From Azolla caroliniana (taxonomy: Eukaryota; Plantae; Polypodiophyta), in assembly GCA_043228905.1 (NCBI GenBank), contig JBHGNT010000002.1, positions 15,128,001 to 15,192,000 on the forward strand: DNA of 64,000 nt. Direction: 5' to 3'. Each line of letters begins with the position of its first letter. Position 1 is the stretch's first letter. This document shows positions 1 through 13,460 of this stretch, piece after piece. A program made the translations under genes and the position numbers. The notes under the pieces were generated by a model. That model searched no databases, was not told the origin of the DNA, and saw nothing but the letters and a program-made list of their open reading frames with translations.

Positions 1-55
1 GTCTGACTCGGGCTTATTCAGCCGATCCGGATCTGGTTGAGCTTGCCGCTCAACA
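1..55 (-). repeat. Partial 3' LTR of Copia A
   Basis: Aligns to about 5398-5452; followed by PPT at 56-67. Confidence 0.9.
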
Positions 56-269
56 CTCCCCCTCAAGTTCAACTTGAGGTTGGATCGTAGTGTCACTCTT
101 CCACCTGGCTCCTTCTAGCGCCACTCCGCCTTGCTCAAGCTCCTTGTATGGTCTGGTCTTGTTTGCCGCGAACCTTCTGATTTTGCGCACCTTGACCTCC
201 TCGGTCGGCTTGTCTGCTCAATAGGCCTAATTCAGCTCCTTCACTGCTGTGACTTTGGCGCTTGCCGAT

Positions 270-3200
270 TCACCGATTCCTTCGTGTTGGCGTCAACTTT
301 CGCTGCCTTCTCATCCTCTTCACCTTGAATTGATACGGTTCTTCTGAATCCGTCTGTTGAACCGAATCGGCTGTCTCCGATTCGTTCCAGCTCTTGTCCG
401 AATCAGTCGCTCCCAATTTGTCTTCCGGTTCCATGCCCTTCACCACATCGGACCATGTCCAAGTCTTGGCCTTCTTCTTCCGGTCGGCTCTGTCCTTCTT
501 GACTCTGCCGCCGCTATTGGTTGTTCCGACTTGTTCGGATTTGTCAACTTCCTTTGTCAACTCGGCTCCTTTCTTCTTCTTGTCTCTCCCTTTGTCAGTT
601 CTTCCCTCACCGGCACAATCGGTAGTTTCATTGCCTTTGGTCGTTCCTGTGTCTTTGCCCGTTCTCCCCCTCAAGTGTTGCACGTCGAGATGCTGAACAC
701 CAAGCATTTCGGTGAAGTGCTTAACTTGTCCGATCCGAGCGGTTTGGTGAAAATGTCGGGGCAACTTGTCGATCCGTATGAACATACCGAAGTTTGACTT
801 CACCACTCGGGACACGCTCACGCACGAATTGGTAGTGCACTTCTATGTGCTTTGTGCAAGCATGGAATACGAGGTTCTTGGTGAGCTGCATGCTGCTTAT
901 GTTGTGGCAGTAGACTAGGATCGGGGTCGGCATTTCGATCTGCAGGTCGTGCAATAGTCGCCAAAGCCAAATGGCTTCACAAATGGCAACGGTAGCGCCC
1001 CGGTATTCAGCCTCAGTGCTCGAAAGGGCCAGTGTTGGCTGCTTTTTGCTACTCCACGCAACAACCGTGCTATGAAGCGAAAACATATAGCCGGACGTGG
1101 ATCGGCAATCCGATGCATTGCCGGCCCAGTCGGCATCGGTGTAGCCAATTAGCTCTTCGGTTATACCATGCCGGTATAACAGTCCCCAGTTCACATATTG
1201 CAAAATTCGATACGTGCACAGAAGGTGCTCCACGGTCAGCTTCTGCATATATTGGTTGATCACGCCGATTGGATAACTGATGTCGGGTCAGGTAATTGTC
1301 AAATACATAAGGCTTTCGACGATTTTTCGGAACTCCTTCTCATCGTAGGCCGGTCCAAAGTCCGGACGGAGCTTCTGGTTCTAGTCCAGGGATGTGGAGA
1401 TTGGTCAGCATTCTGTCATGCCGAACTTGTACAACATATTCAACACATAGTGTCTTTGTGAGAGCAATATGCCGTCGGGGGTTCAGATCATCTCGATCCC
1501 AAGGAAATAGTGAAGGTCCCCTAGGTCCTTCATTTCAAATGCATCCGATAAGTGGGACTTGACTCGGCTGATTTCATCGAGTTTGGGTCCGGTGATGACT
1601 AGATCATCAACATACAGCAAGATGCAAACCGGACCGTCCGGACCTTCTCGGATGAACAACAAAGAGTCGGACTTGGAGGCCTCAAACCCCATCTTACACA
1701 ACTGGTGCATGATCTTCCCATTCCAAGCTCAAGGGGCTTGCTTCAGGCCATAAAGTCATTTCTTCAGCCGGTATACCGCCGACTTGTTCATCTCCGTGTG
1801 GAAACCGGGGGGTTGGGTCATAAAGACCTCTTCTTTAAGATCACCTTGAAGAAATGCATTCTTCACTCCCATCTGGTGAAGATGCCACCCCCTTGCCGCA
1901 ACAACCGCCAACACCACACGAACCATCGTCATCTTCGTTACCGGAGCGAAGGTCTCGTCGTAGTCGATTCCGTGGGTCTGCGCGTATCCCTTTGCCACTA
2001 ACCAGGCCTTGTACTGGTTAACCGAACCATCGGTATTGTACTTAATTTGTACACCCACTTACATCCAATCGGTTTACAGTGTCAGGGAGGGTCAACTAGG
2101 TCCCATGTGTCGTTGGCATCAAGTGACCACATTTCTTCCTCCATAGCGGCATGCCAATTTGCGTCCTTTGCCGCTTCTACGTAGCTCTCCGGCTCACGCA
2201 CTTCCGGCACCTTGGTTATGTACGCATAGTGATGCGCCTTGTACTCATTGTACCCGTACTACTTCACGGGGTTCTTTTGGCGGGAAGACCGGTGTAACTT
2301 ATCGTTACCCAATTTGAGGCCCTTCTTGCCCGGTTCGGTCTTCGTTGCCGAAGATCCGCCTTCTTCTTTTTCGGAGTCGGATCTGCTCCGATTCGACTCA
2401 CCATTTCCGAGCTCGTGCTCCGACATCTTCCTCTTCCCCTTTTCCTTGCGTGTGAACCGTTTGCTCGGTGCCTTGCGCGTAGGGAACACGACAGAGTCTC
2501 CACTACTCACCGGTTCATCTTCTGACTGGTCTGTCTGACCCAGTCGCTCATTCGGCCCGCTCAACTGAAACGATTCCGGACTCACATCTTGAGTCTCGAA
2601 CCCTTCGTCTTCTAACTAGACCGGTTCAGGCTCACTACCCTCATCCTCCAATATTGGGTCGGGGTCGAAAGTTGGAGCCGGTAAGGCCTACCATGATGCC
2701 GTCTCATCAAACTCAACATCCCAACTAACTCGGACCTGCTTCTTCTGGGGGTAATAACACTTATACCCCTTTTGCTCATGCGAGTAACCGACCAAGATGC
2801 ATTTCTCTGACTTTGCATCCAACTTCCTCCTCTTCTCATCCGACACATGCACATATGCAATACTACCGAATATCCGAAGGTGTCTCAAATTCGGCTTGCG
2901 CCCGAAATGCAGTTCATGCGCGAACACCTTGTCACCGATCCGGTTTTGGATGTAGACGGCCGGCCGGACTGCCTTAGCCCAGTAGAATTTGGGCATGCTC
3001 TTCTCCTCCAGCATTGCCCTTGCCGCGTCGACAATTGACCGGTTCTTCCTCTCAGCCACACTGTTTTGCTCCGGGGTGTATCTGCAGTTGAACTCTCTCC
3101 GAATTCCATTTTGTTGCAGATAACTATTGAATTGGCCGAAAAAATACTCTTTTCCTCCATCTGACTGCATGCACTTGATCTTCCTCTCCGTTTCCCATTC

Positions 3201-4943
3201 AACCAGGCTTTGCAGGTTCCGGAAACACTCGAAGACTTTGCTATTCCGCTCAATGAGGTAGATCCATGTGTGCCGGCTATAGTTGTCAATGAAGGAGACA
3301 AAGTATCGCCTCCTGCCAAGACTAAAGTTCTCTACTGGTCCCCATACATCCGAAAGGATTAGATCGAGCTTGTTGCGGCTCCGGTTTCATTCAGTGGGGA
3401 ATGGAAGCCGGTGTTGCTTCCCGAGTTAGCAGGCTTCAAATACCTGGGCCTTCCAACTACTAAACCTCAACAAACCGAAAACAACTTCTTTCGTTTGTAG
3501 GTCTTGAAGCCTCCGATAATTGACGTGGTCGATCCGCTTGTGCCAGAGATCAATATCCGATTCAATCTTCTGTCCTTTGGCGAACAAAGCGGTGCCGACG
3601 TCATTGGCGTCGAGGATGAACATCCTCTTGTCTCGGCGCCCTTGTGCAATAATCGGCCCTCTTCCTCGATGAAGCACCCAAGGTGTGTAAACTGCACCTG
3701 CATCCCCTGATCAACAATCAGACCGACTGACACCAAGTTCTTCGTGATAGTCGGATCGTGTAATACGTTCATCAGCTTCCCCCTTTGTCCAACGTGGCTC
3801 AAAGGGACTTGTCCGACATGCACGATTGCATGAGTGTCATCTCTGGTTTCGACGACTCCCGGTTGTTCCGGTTTCTCCAAGAAAGAGAACAACTCTTTGT
3901 GGCTCGTCATGTGATTCGATGCATCGGAATCAATGTACCACACTTCCTCCGATTTGGAAGTGGTCTTCTTCATCGAGTTATCCTCGTGTTTCATCACGAA
4001 GGCTGGCCCTTTACCAGCTTTTCCGGTTTTGGATCCTCTCGATCATTCTACGTAGTGCGAATATTGACGATTCTCTCTGTCGGATCCGGATCTGTCCGAA
4101 TCAGCGCGCTTCTTGCAGCACTCGCTTTCTTTGTGGCCCTTTTTAGCACCAGCATTCCGTGTCGGCCTTTCCTTGCCGACCTCCGGCGCCGCCTTGACTC
4201 CCCTTGCTTGTGGAGGGTCTGGAACTGTTGTCGGCACGTTCTCTGTGCCTTCGGTCTTGTTCTTGCTGGCCGCTACCATTGCGACCCAACCCGCCACGTC
4301 CACCACGCCCACGGGGCCAACTCGCCTCCGTGTACAACATCCGGTTGTCGGTGGGTGCACTTGTTGACGCACCGGCATGGTTCTCCTCTACAAGGAGCAT
4401 CGACTGTAAGTCGAAAAATGGCAGCATGTTCTCCCTTGTACATACCGCCATTCGGAATGCTCCGAACTTAGACGCTAGGCCCCCAAGACAGATCTGCACC
4501 ATCTCATCTTCCTCTACAGTGACATTCATAGAGGCGAGTGAGTCACAGATCTCTTTGATTCGGGCCGTGTAATCGGCTACTAACATGTCCGTTTGTCGAA
4601 CATTGCTCAACTCCTGTCGGAGTTGCAGCTTCCGGGCCGTAGTGCTTGCTGCAAAAACCTTCATTAGGTTTCCCCAAGCTTCTTTGGGTGACTTGGCATC
4701 TCGGACATGGCTCAGCACCTAGTCTCCGACACTGGACGCGAAGCAGTACACCACTCTGCTTGCCGCTTGTTCCCACACTGGGAAGTCCTTGTGTCCCGCA
4801 TTAGGTATTGTGTCGTTAGCTCCGTCGACATAGCTCCAGTAACAATGCCCAAGCAGGTACTAGTGCATCTTGTATGACCAAGATGCGTAGTTGGATCTGG
4901 CGAGCTTCTCCACCGGGAGCGAGCAAGCCATTCCTCTGTCCAT
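270..4943 (-). pseudogene. gag-pol of Copia A with stops and frameshifts, plus a C-terminal tail after RNase H
   Basis: gag (NYASWSYKMH, RKLQLRQEL), PR (WYIDSDASNHM), GAG-pre-integrase (LWHKRIDHVN), integrase (SDGGKEY, YTPEQNSVAERKN), RT (LLYVDD), RH (YTDADWAG, KHIEVHY). Confidence 0.93.
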
Positions 4944-5023
4944 CACTTCACTTTCTATTCTTACCGGGTCTTAGGGTTTGTCTTCAGATGTTAATGTTGG
5001 TTGTAGAGGTTCTCAACCCTCGC

Positions 5024-5035
5024 GCTCTGATACCA
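5024..5035 (-). promoter_or_regulatory. PBS (tRNA-iMet) of Copia A
   Basis: Minus strand TGGTATCAGAGC directly after the LTR end. Confidence 0.92.
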
Positions 5036-5452
5036 TGTAAACACGAAGGTGCGGAAGCGTTAGACAACCGGATTAGCCGGTTAGGAACAGAGAGAGAGAG
5101 AGATTAATACACAGAAGGTATGCAGGAGAGATAGAGAAAGAGCAGAACAACATAAATCTATTATCAACAACTCTATAAAATTCTCTATGTATACAACGTG
5201 CTCAACAACACTATTTATACAAGTCCTAAGAGGACTGACAAAGGTACAGTGTACTTCAATGATCACACAAGCGTCTGACACTAACTACGAGACATTAACT
5301 ACCTAGCAGCCTAGGCTGTTACTAGGCTTCTAGTTACTGCTTGATCCGGCTCCCCAGCTCACCGGCTCACCGATCCGGCTCATCCTTCTGGATGACGGTC
5401 CAACTCAAGCTTATTCAGCTGATCCGGCTTTGGTTGAGCTTGCCGCTCAACA
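5036..5452 (-). repeat. 5' LTR of Copia A
   Basis: Minus strand starts TGTTGAGCGG and ends TTACA; adjacent PBS. Confidence 0.92.
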
Positions 5453-7885
5453 GACTGGAAGGTTGGATGACAAAGACTACAGTGGTAGCTTTTGAAACGA
5501 CAAGTGGAAGTTCTGCCGTGGAAACCTCATCGTGGGCCGAGCACAAAAAGAAGGCACATTTTGTATGATGCATGCCCGACTATGCAAGTCGGAAGCGAAT
5601 GTGGCAACCGACTCGGGAGGTGAGTTATGACATAAGTGACTCAGCCACATGAGTGAAAAGGGAATGCACATCCTGGCCGACTAGGAACTTCTCCCAGAAA
5701 TGAAACGACTGCACTTGGAGAAGTGTGTCGACTGCTTAGTTGGAAAGCAGAACAGAGCAACATTCCATTCAAAGCCACCGAGAAGAAGGGGATAATCCAC
5801 TAGAACTAGTGCACACCGATGTGTGCTATGTAGATGCTCCATCACATCGAGGTGGACAGTACTTCGCGACGTTCGTTGACGACTATAGTTGGAAGACATG
5901 GGTCTTCATACTAAAGTCAAAGGACCAAGTTCTATCATTCTTCAAGGAGTTCTAGGAAAGGGAAAAACCAAAGTCGAGTCGGAAGTTGAAGGTTGTTCGA
6001 ACTGACAATGGTGGCGAATATAAAGGGCAGTTTGAGGAGTACTTCAAGGCCCAAGGTATTCGAATCTAATACACTATACCAAAGACCCCTGAATTGGACG
6101 GGCTTGCAGAGAGGATGAATCAAATGATTATCGAGAGAGTAAGGATCATGTTGTCACATGCCAGGCTACCAAATTTGTATTGGGTTGAGGGTATGTATAC
6201 AGTTGTTTATCTGATCAACAGGTCTTCCTCAATACCATTGAAAGATGATGTTCCACAAAGGGTGTGGACAAGCAAGGATGTCTCCTGCCGACACCTGAGG
6301 GTGTTCGGATGCTTAGTCTATATGCATGTGGCTAAGGATGAAAGGTCGAAGCTCGATAGTAAGTCGGAACCATGCATTTTCATGGGATACTCAGAGGACG
6401 AGTTCGACTTCAAGTTGTGGGACTTGGTCGATAAGAAAGTAGTGAGGAGTCGGGATGTAGTCTTCTTGGAAGACAAGATGATGGAGGACTAGAAGCAACA
6501 AAAGTCGAAATTGACTCCCACTACTATTGACTTAAGTCCTAGTGAACTAACACAATTGGATGTTCGGAGACAGCTAGTTGGCACAGCCGAATCCGAGTTG
6601 GTCGACTCGGACCAATCGACTAGATGAGTTGGAGTCAACGGACCTATTAAATTCATCGAAGAATACGAGTCAAAGACGGCTAATCTTCGGCAACCGATTG
6701 ACATGTATGAACTTGAGCCAAGAGAAGAGTTGGCAAGGATATCCAAACTAGAGCCGACAACGGGTAGAAGGAGATACCCAATCAGAGAAAGAAGAGCACC
6801 AACCACATATGTAGTCAATACATCCTCTTGACTGATGAAGGTGAACTTAAGTGATATGAAGAAGCCATAGCCAATGAGCACAAAGAAAAATGGTTGAGTG
6901 CAATGAAAGACGAGATGGATACCTTGCAGGTAGATTACACCTGGAGCCAAGAGAAGAGTCGGCAAGGATATCCGAACTAGAGCCGACAACGGGCAGAACG
7001 AGATACCCACTCAGAGAAAGAACAACACCGACTACATATGCAGTCAATACATCCTCTTGACTGATGAAGGTGAACTTGAGTGCTATGAAGAAGCCATAGT
7101 CAATGAGCACAAATAAAAATGGCTAAGTGCAATGCAAGACCAGATGGACACCTTGCATGTAGATTACACCTATGAGCTGGTGGAGTTATCGAAACGTAAG
7201 AGGGCACTCAGAAATAAATCCGTCTACAAGGTGAAGACCAGAGAACACGATAGTGCACCCAGATATAAAGCCCGCATTGTGGTGATGGGGTTTCAACAGA
7301 AAAAGGGTGTCGACTTCGAGAAGATTTTCGCACCAGTCGTGAAGATGACATCCATCCTAACTATTCTGAGCATAGCTGTGAGTATGGATCTGGAGATCGA
7401 ACAATTGGATGCCAAGAAAATATTCTTGCACAGGGAGCTTAATTAAGAGATCTACATGCAACAACCTGAAGGCTTTGTGGAGAAGGGGAAAGAGAACATG
7501 GTGTGTCGACTGAAGAAAAGTGTGTATGGGTTGAAACAAGCTCCACGCCCATGGTACAAGAAGTTTAAGTCCTTCATTCTAGAAGACGGGTTCCACAAAA
7601 TACAGGTAGATCACTATGTGTTTGTAAAAAGGTACGATGAAGGTGACTTCTTGATTCTCTTTTTATATGTGGATGACATGTTGATAGTCGAACAAGACAC
7701 AAAGAGGATCGTGAGCTTTAAGGAAGCACTAGGCAAGTCGTCTTGGACTGGCTAAACAGTTGGGGATGTACAAAGTTCGAGATAGAACTAAGAAATTGTT
7801 GTGGCTGTCACAAGAGAAATATGTGACAATGATCTTGGAGAGATTCAACATGTCAGAAACGAAGCCGGTCGGCTCTATGTTGCCA
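5453..7885 (+). pseudogene. Copia B pol remnant (Tnt1/Tork-like; INT and RT), interrupted on the left by Copia A
   Basis: LELVHTDVC, GLAERMN, LRVFGCL, YKARIVVMGF, LYVDDML; same family as Copia H. Confidence 0.9.
6715..7172 (+). repeat. Diverged 229-bp tandem duplication in Copia B
   Basis: gagccaagagaagag...gtagattacacct starts at 6715 and again at 6944. Confidence 0.9.
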
Positions 7886-8176
7886 TTGGGAACGGACACA
7901 AATATAATAATTTGTATCCAATGACGGCGATCAATCCAAAAGGGGACATGACCGTATCCAAAAAGATTGACCCAAACTTATGGCATGGCCGACTCGGCCA
8001 TATGTCACAAGACGGACTCGATCGGCTGATGGCGGTTCACTACATTCCAAAACTCCAAGCAAAGACGGATTTCTGTGAGCATTGTCGATACAGGAAACAA
8101 ACTTGAAGTCTGCACCCTCTCCACTATGCAACGGTATGGAAACCCCTAGAGCTCATTCACACATATATATGTGGGT
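7886..8176 (+). pseudogene. Short Copia GAG-pre-integrase fragment from another copy
   Basis: LWHGRLGHMS...FCEHCRYRKQ then LELIHT; fused directly to Copia B RT. Confidence 0.75.
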
Positions 8177-8439
8177 CGTTGAGAAGCAAAATCAATTTCC
8201 CGTGTGTGGGAACATCCCACCTCCTTGAATAGTAACTAGTGTGTTGTAGAAGTTAATGTTCTATGACACATATTCCTTAGGTAGTTAAGACACGACCTAT
8301 TTCCCAAGAGGCAGTACTAATAAGAGAACTTAGAGAGAAGATGACTACATAAGCACCTCCTGCTTCTCTTTGTAAGTGTTGGCTATTATTGTTTTTCCTT
8401 GTTAATACAACTTTCTGTTTTTTCGTTAATTGCAAGCCC

Positions 8440-8454
8440 TCTCTCCCTCTCTCT

Positions 8455-8501
<47 letters not shown>
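8440..8501. repeat. (CT)n/(CA)n microsatellite in the Copia C LTR
   Basis: Direct reading. Confidence 0.95.
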
Positions 8502-8503
<2 letters not shown>

Positions 8504-11254
8504 ATTCTTCCACTGCACAGAATCGTCATTGATTCCCTACATGGTATCAGAGTGCATGGTAGCTTGATCTAAGATCATCGCTTTCGTGTGTGTTGTGCCT
8601 GATTCCGCGTTCAGAAAGAACTGATTGATCGTTGTAGCAACAATCTGCACAATTTGCATAAAAGATGAAGAAGAAGAAGCTCGACATGAACACACAAATG
8701 GGAAGCGCTCTTCCTACTGAAAAGCTCGGAGAAAATAACTTTGCATCTTGGGAGTACAAGATGCACCAATACCTTGTCGGCCAAGGCTATTGGAGTTATG
8801 TCGAAGGGGCAAACGAGAATCAACCCAAGCCAAAACATGCCGACTACCTAGCTTGGGAGCAAGCAGTGAGTCATGTGTTGTATTGCCTTGCATCATGCAT
8901 CCATGATGACATGCTCGGCTACATCAGGGAGGCCTAAATGTCGAAGGAGGCATGGGGGAACCTCAAGTAGATTTTGCAGCCAATAGGGCGGCAAGAAAGC
9001 TTCAACTCCATCAAGAGTTCAATGGTATACAACAGAGGGACATGTCAATCGACAGTGACACCTTGAAGATCAAGGAGTTGTGTGATGCCCTCGAGTCGAT
9101 CAATGTTTGCATTGACGACGATGAAATGGTGTAGATTTGCCCCTGAGGCTTAGCACCTCGGTTTGGAGCCATTGGGTCGGCAGTCCTCGCAAGGGAGAAT
9201 CCTCCCTCCTTATTCGATCTCCAATTGATGTTGCTAGTCGAGGAGAATCATGTTCGAACAAGAAGGAATGCACAAGAAAGACAAATGCTCTATTCGAACT
9301 TCGATGGAGGAAGAGGACAAGGTAGGGGAAGAACTAGCTGATTTGGCCAAGGCCGACACAACCAAGAGCAACCTCAAGAACATAACTTCTATTACCGACA
9401 AGACGCGTCGAACGCGCGAGGTAGAGCGTCTGAAAAAAGGGGAAGGAATCAGTCAGACCTAGCCTCCAACAAAAAAATCTTGCTAAGTGCGGATACCGTG
9501 GTAAATTCGGCCACTATGAAGCAAAGTGTCGGAAAAAGAAGAGTGATTCAGCCTCCACAAGTCGACAACTCACAAACTACACCTCAAATTCCGACTATGA
9601 CAATCATGGTGGAATGTTTGTGATGAGGCACAGAGTGAACTCCATGATAGCCTCCAACCCGACCAACACCTTCAAACTAGAAGATGTATGGTTTGTCGAC
9701 TTGGGTGCATCCAGCCACATGACATCCCACGAGGATTGGTGGAAGGAGCTATGAAAGCCTGAATGACCCGGCTATGTGGAAATTGGGGATGGTACAATTC
9801 ACCCCATTCAGCATGTCGACAATGTCCCATTTGGGGAAGAAAGCAACAAAACCTACATCAAGAACGTTTTGCATGTTCCTACAATAACAAAGAACTTGGT
9901 CTCACTTGGCCAGATAGTCGAACAAGGCATGCAAGTCCGCTTCAATGATGGAGGATGCTTCATCAAAAAAGAAGGCCGAATCATCGCTCGCGGTCGCAAA
10001 GAAGGTCAGATGTTCATCCTCGACTCTCACGAGACGAATTTGGCAATGTATGCTAAGGGCCATAGAGTCGACACTGACGTAGAACAATGGCAGAAGTGAA
10101 CTGGCCACATTCACCTCCAAAAGCTCAGAGGAATGCAGTCAAAAGGAGTTGTCTTCGGACTTCCGACTTTTACCAAAAAGGAGAGAACAAGTGTGTGCAA
10201 AGCTTGTCAATTTGGCAAACAACACCGTCAACCGTTCCCAAAGGAGAGGATCGTAAGCAAAGGGATCCTAGATGTAATACATTCAAATGTATGGGGACTA
10301 GCCCAGACGACAACATTCGGTGGTTGCCGATACTACATAACGTTCATCAACAACTTTCTCCAGACATACCTGGATCTACCTTATGCGGCAAAAAAGCGAT
10401 GTGTTCGGACACTTCCAAAAGTTCAAAAATGAAGTCGAAAAGGCAACAAGTCGGCATGTCCGATGCCTTCGATCGGTTGGCGGCAAGGAATATTTCTCCG
10501 ACGCGTTTACAACATATCTTTGAGAAGAAGGAATTCGATGGGAGTTTACCTGTAGACACACACCTCAGTAGAACCGAGTAGCTGAACGCAAGAACCGGCA
10601 CATACTTGAGGTGGCAAGGGAAGTTATGAACAAGAAACATTTGCCAAGGTCATAATGGGATGAAGCGGCGAATGCGGCCGTCTATTTGATGAATCACTGC
10701 ACAACATCAGGAGTGCACAATGTTACCCCCTACGAAAAGTTCTATGGGAAGAAACCAGATCTATCCCACATCAGGATATTCGGTTCAATTGCATATGTAC
10801 ATATTCCCGACGAGAAGCAGCAGAAGCTTGATCTCAAGTCGAAGAAATGTATACTCGTAGGGTACTCACTTGAGCAAAAAGGGTATAAGTGCTTCAACCC
10901 TTTTACAAAGAAGGTACGAGTGAGTAGGGATGTAGTATTTGATGAGTCAACATCCTGGTATACAATCAAATCAGCTCCATCTGACACAGTCAAGACTGAG
11001 TTCGACACACAGAAGCAAAGGAGGATGATCGACCGAGGCCCACATCATATGAAAGTCCAATCTCAACCAGGTTGAGTGGACCACAAGAGCCTCCAGGCGG
11101 CCAAAGCACATCACAGCCTACTCTAAAATAAGACAAAGGAAAGGCCAAAATGCCTAAGTAAGAAGACTCAGATGGAAACGAATCAAACCACTCACCTGAC
11201 AATGAGCATGGTGGACTGGATGTGCCCATCATGAGGACACGAGGAAAACCACAG

Positions 11255-11820
11255 TGTCGTGAAGATAATGCTTCATGATGTCGAAACAATGTTAAAAGTC
11301 TATAGAAAGGCATTTCCCATCTGGAGCATGTGCGATTTTTCGCTTCGTGAATCGGAGTTTAGAAGTCCAAGATATAGCCTTCCGAATGATGAATGCTACA
11401 GTTCATGACACAAACGTAATTATGTCAAAAGGGAGATTCGAAATTAAATAAGAGCGATTTTGTAATTTCTCAAATGTACAATTACAAAATTGAATTTGCA
11501 AAATTTATCAATAAATAAATCAAAATAAAATAAATAATAAATATATAACCGCCCCTATATGAGGAGGTTTGTCAACTGCCTCAAGAGGGTGGTTGGGCGG
11601 TTGATCCCCCTATATAAGACACCCCCATGGGGAACGGGAGAAAGAGAAGGGGAAGAGAGGAAGGAAGAAGAAAAAGGGAGTGAAGAAGCTCGCGTGGGTG
11701 CGGGATGCAGAGTTTGCCCAAGAAGATGGTGACTTGCATAAACCAAGACAAAAGTTAAAAGAAATAAAAAGTAAGAAAAGGAAGAAGTTGAAGTGGTGAC
11801 TTTGATTCCTCTCAAAGCAA
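11255..11820 (+). repeat. Truncated Gypsy-type LTR inserted in Copia C
   Basis: Starts tgtcgtgaag like the LTR at 59676; TATA-like ccctatataag near 11610; right end lost together with the Copia C RT. Confidence 0.55.
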
Positions 11821-12299
11821 CTTCTGATGCCGGCTACAGAGCCGACCGACGATTGACATCCGGATTTTTTTTCCCTCTCGACGGTGGTGCGATATCATGG
11901 AGTAGTAAGAAACAGCCGACAATCGCACTGTCGAGCACCGAAGCCGAGTACAGGGGTGTGGTTGTAGCCGCAAGTGAAGCTTTTTGGCTCAAGTCAATAT
12001 TGAAGAACCTAGGCGTTCCCATCAAGGATCCGATTCTCCTCTACTGCGACAATATGAGCAGCATTCACCTAGCTCGGAACGCCATCCTCCACGCTCGGAC
12101 CAAACACATTGAAGTACACTATCACTTCATCCGAGAGCATGTTTTGGCCAGAGATGTGGACATGCAACACATCAGCACGAATCTGCTCATGGTCAACAAC
12201 TTCACGAAGGCCCTGGGTCTTTCGACCATCGACCAGCCGAGCTTGAGGGGGAGCAGGAATCTCGAACAAGAATCTCAAAGATCGAACCGAACCAACTTT

Positions 12300-13460
12300 G
12301 ATCCGACATTGGAGGTAAGTACACCTCCCAAGCTTTCAAACAGTACCTGTCCAACAAAGGGATCAGACATCAAAAGACTGCTCCATACACACCCATGCAG
12401 AATGGAGAGTGGCAGAATGGATGAACTGAACAATCCAAGAGAGGGTGACGGAAATGCTCTAATAAGCCGAACTAAAGCTGGAGTTCTGGGCCGAAGCATT
12501 GCAGACGGTGGTATATCTGATCAACCTGTCGTTGTCGGAAGCAATCAGGCTTGAAGTGCCACATGCACTATGGTCAGGAGTAAAGGAGAAAAGGAGGAAG
12601 TTGGCACCCCATGCAACGAAGTGCATATTTCTCGGTTATGGAACCAATAGGGAATTCGGCTACAAACTATGGGACGTAGAGAACCGGAAATTGATTCGTA
12701 GTACTAACGTAATCTTCAATGAAGACTCTATCCTCTCTAAGCAAAGCCAAAAGAAAATAGTTGGTAAAAAGGTATCCTTCGAAAACAATAGACATGTCGT
12801 AGAAGGACCATACCACTAGGCCGAATCGGAGATCCGAAAACTAGTTGAACTTGAAGACAAAGCCATCAAAGGCAAAGCCGAAGCGACAAGAATAAAAAAA
12901 GGCAAAGTCGACAAGGTGTAAGTCAGAATCGATAGAGTTCAACCTGACTAAAAAAACCCAAGGGTAAGTCCCCTACCTCGAATTTAGTCAATCCCGAAGA
13001 AGGGGAGGATGAAGCGACATCGCTGAACTCCTATTCCAAGGGCAAGTCATACAACAGGAACTCTTGACATAAGTGGTTCAACAAATATTGATCAACCAAT
13101 AGAGTTGATCGAAGGATCCGAACCGATCACTTCCGCACCCAGGAGATTCGGACGAGTTCGAAGGCTAACAGAGTTCTATCAACTAGGCTTTGACTATGTC
13201 AACTACACCGATGCAGGCGAACCAAGCACATACGAAGAAGCTATAGCCGCATCGGAAGCCGATACATGGCTACAAGCTATGCAATCCGAGTTGGACTCGA
13301 TACGAAACAATCAAAGATGGGAGCTGGTCGAACTATCACTAGGAAGGAAGTCACTACCTTGCAAATTGGTCTTCCAAGAATAAATATGTATCCGACTCTA
13401 AGAAACCCAAATACAAAGCTCCCCTTTTTGTGAAGGGATTCAAACAAAAACATAGGGTCA
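12300..13460 (+). pseudogene. Internally deleted Copia INT / RT N-terminal fragment
   Basis: GIRHQKTAPYTPMQNG, KCIFLGY, EPSTYEEAI, GFKQK; second copy at 62896-63820. Confidence 0.8.

Larger units (their letters stand above)
1..5452 (-). mobile_element. Ty1/Copia LTR retrotransposon A (Bryco-like by inference), decayed; 3' LTR cut by window edge
   Basis: 5' LTR 5036-5452 (TG..CA); PBS gctctgatacca 5024-5035; PPT ctccccctcaag 56-67; 1-55 matches the 5' LTR end (ggttgagcttgccgctcaaca); domain order gag-PR-INT-RT-RH. Confidence 0.95.
8177..12300 (+). mobile_element. Copia C (same lineage as A): 5' LTR, gag-PR-INT, RT deleted, RH remnant
   Basis: LTR 8177-8541 (cgttgag..ctaca), PBS tggtatcagag 8542-8552, gag NFASWEYKMHQYL, PR VWFVDLGAS, INT, RH 11826-12230, PPT-like cttgagggggag at 12242-12253. 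Confidence 0.88.

Noticed and set aside
270-821. env-like extra gene in Copia A
   Set aside because: No signal or transmembrane segment; the N-terminal part is out-of-frame RNase H, so it is treated as a pol tail
11793-12554. 253-aa ORF as a novel gene (also 62471-63178)
   Set aside because: Chance read-through across deletion junctions between unrelated element fragments
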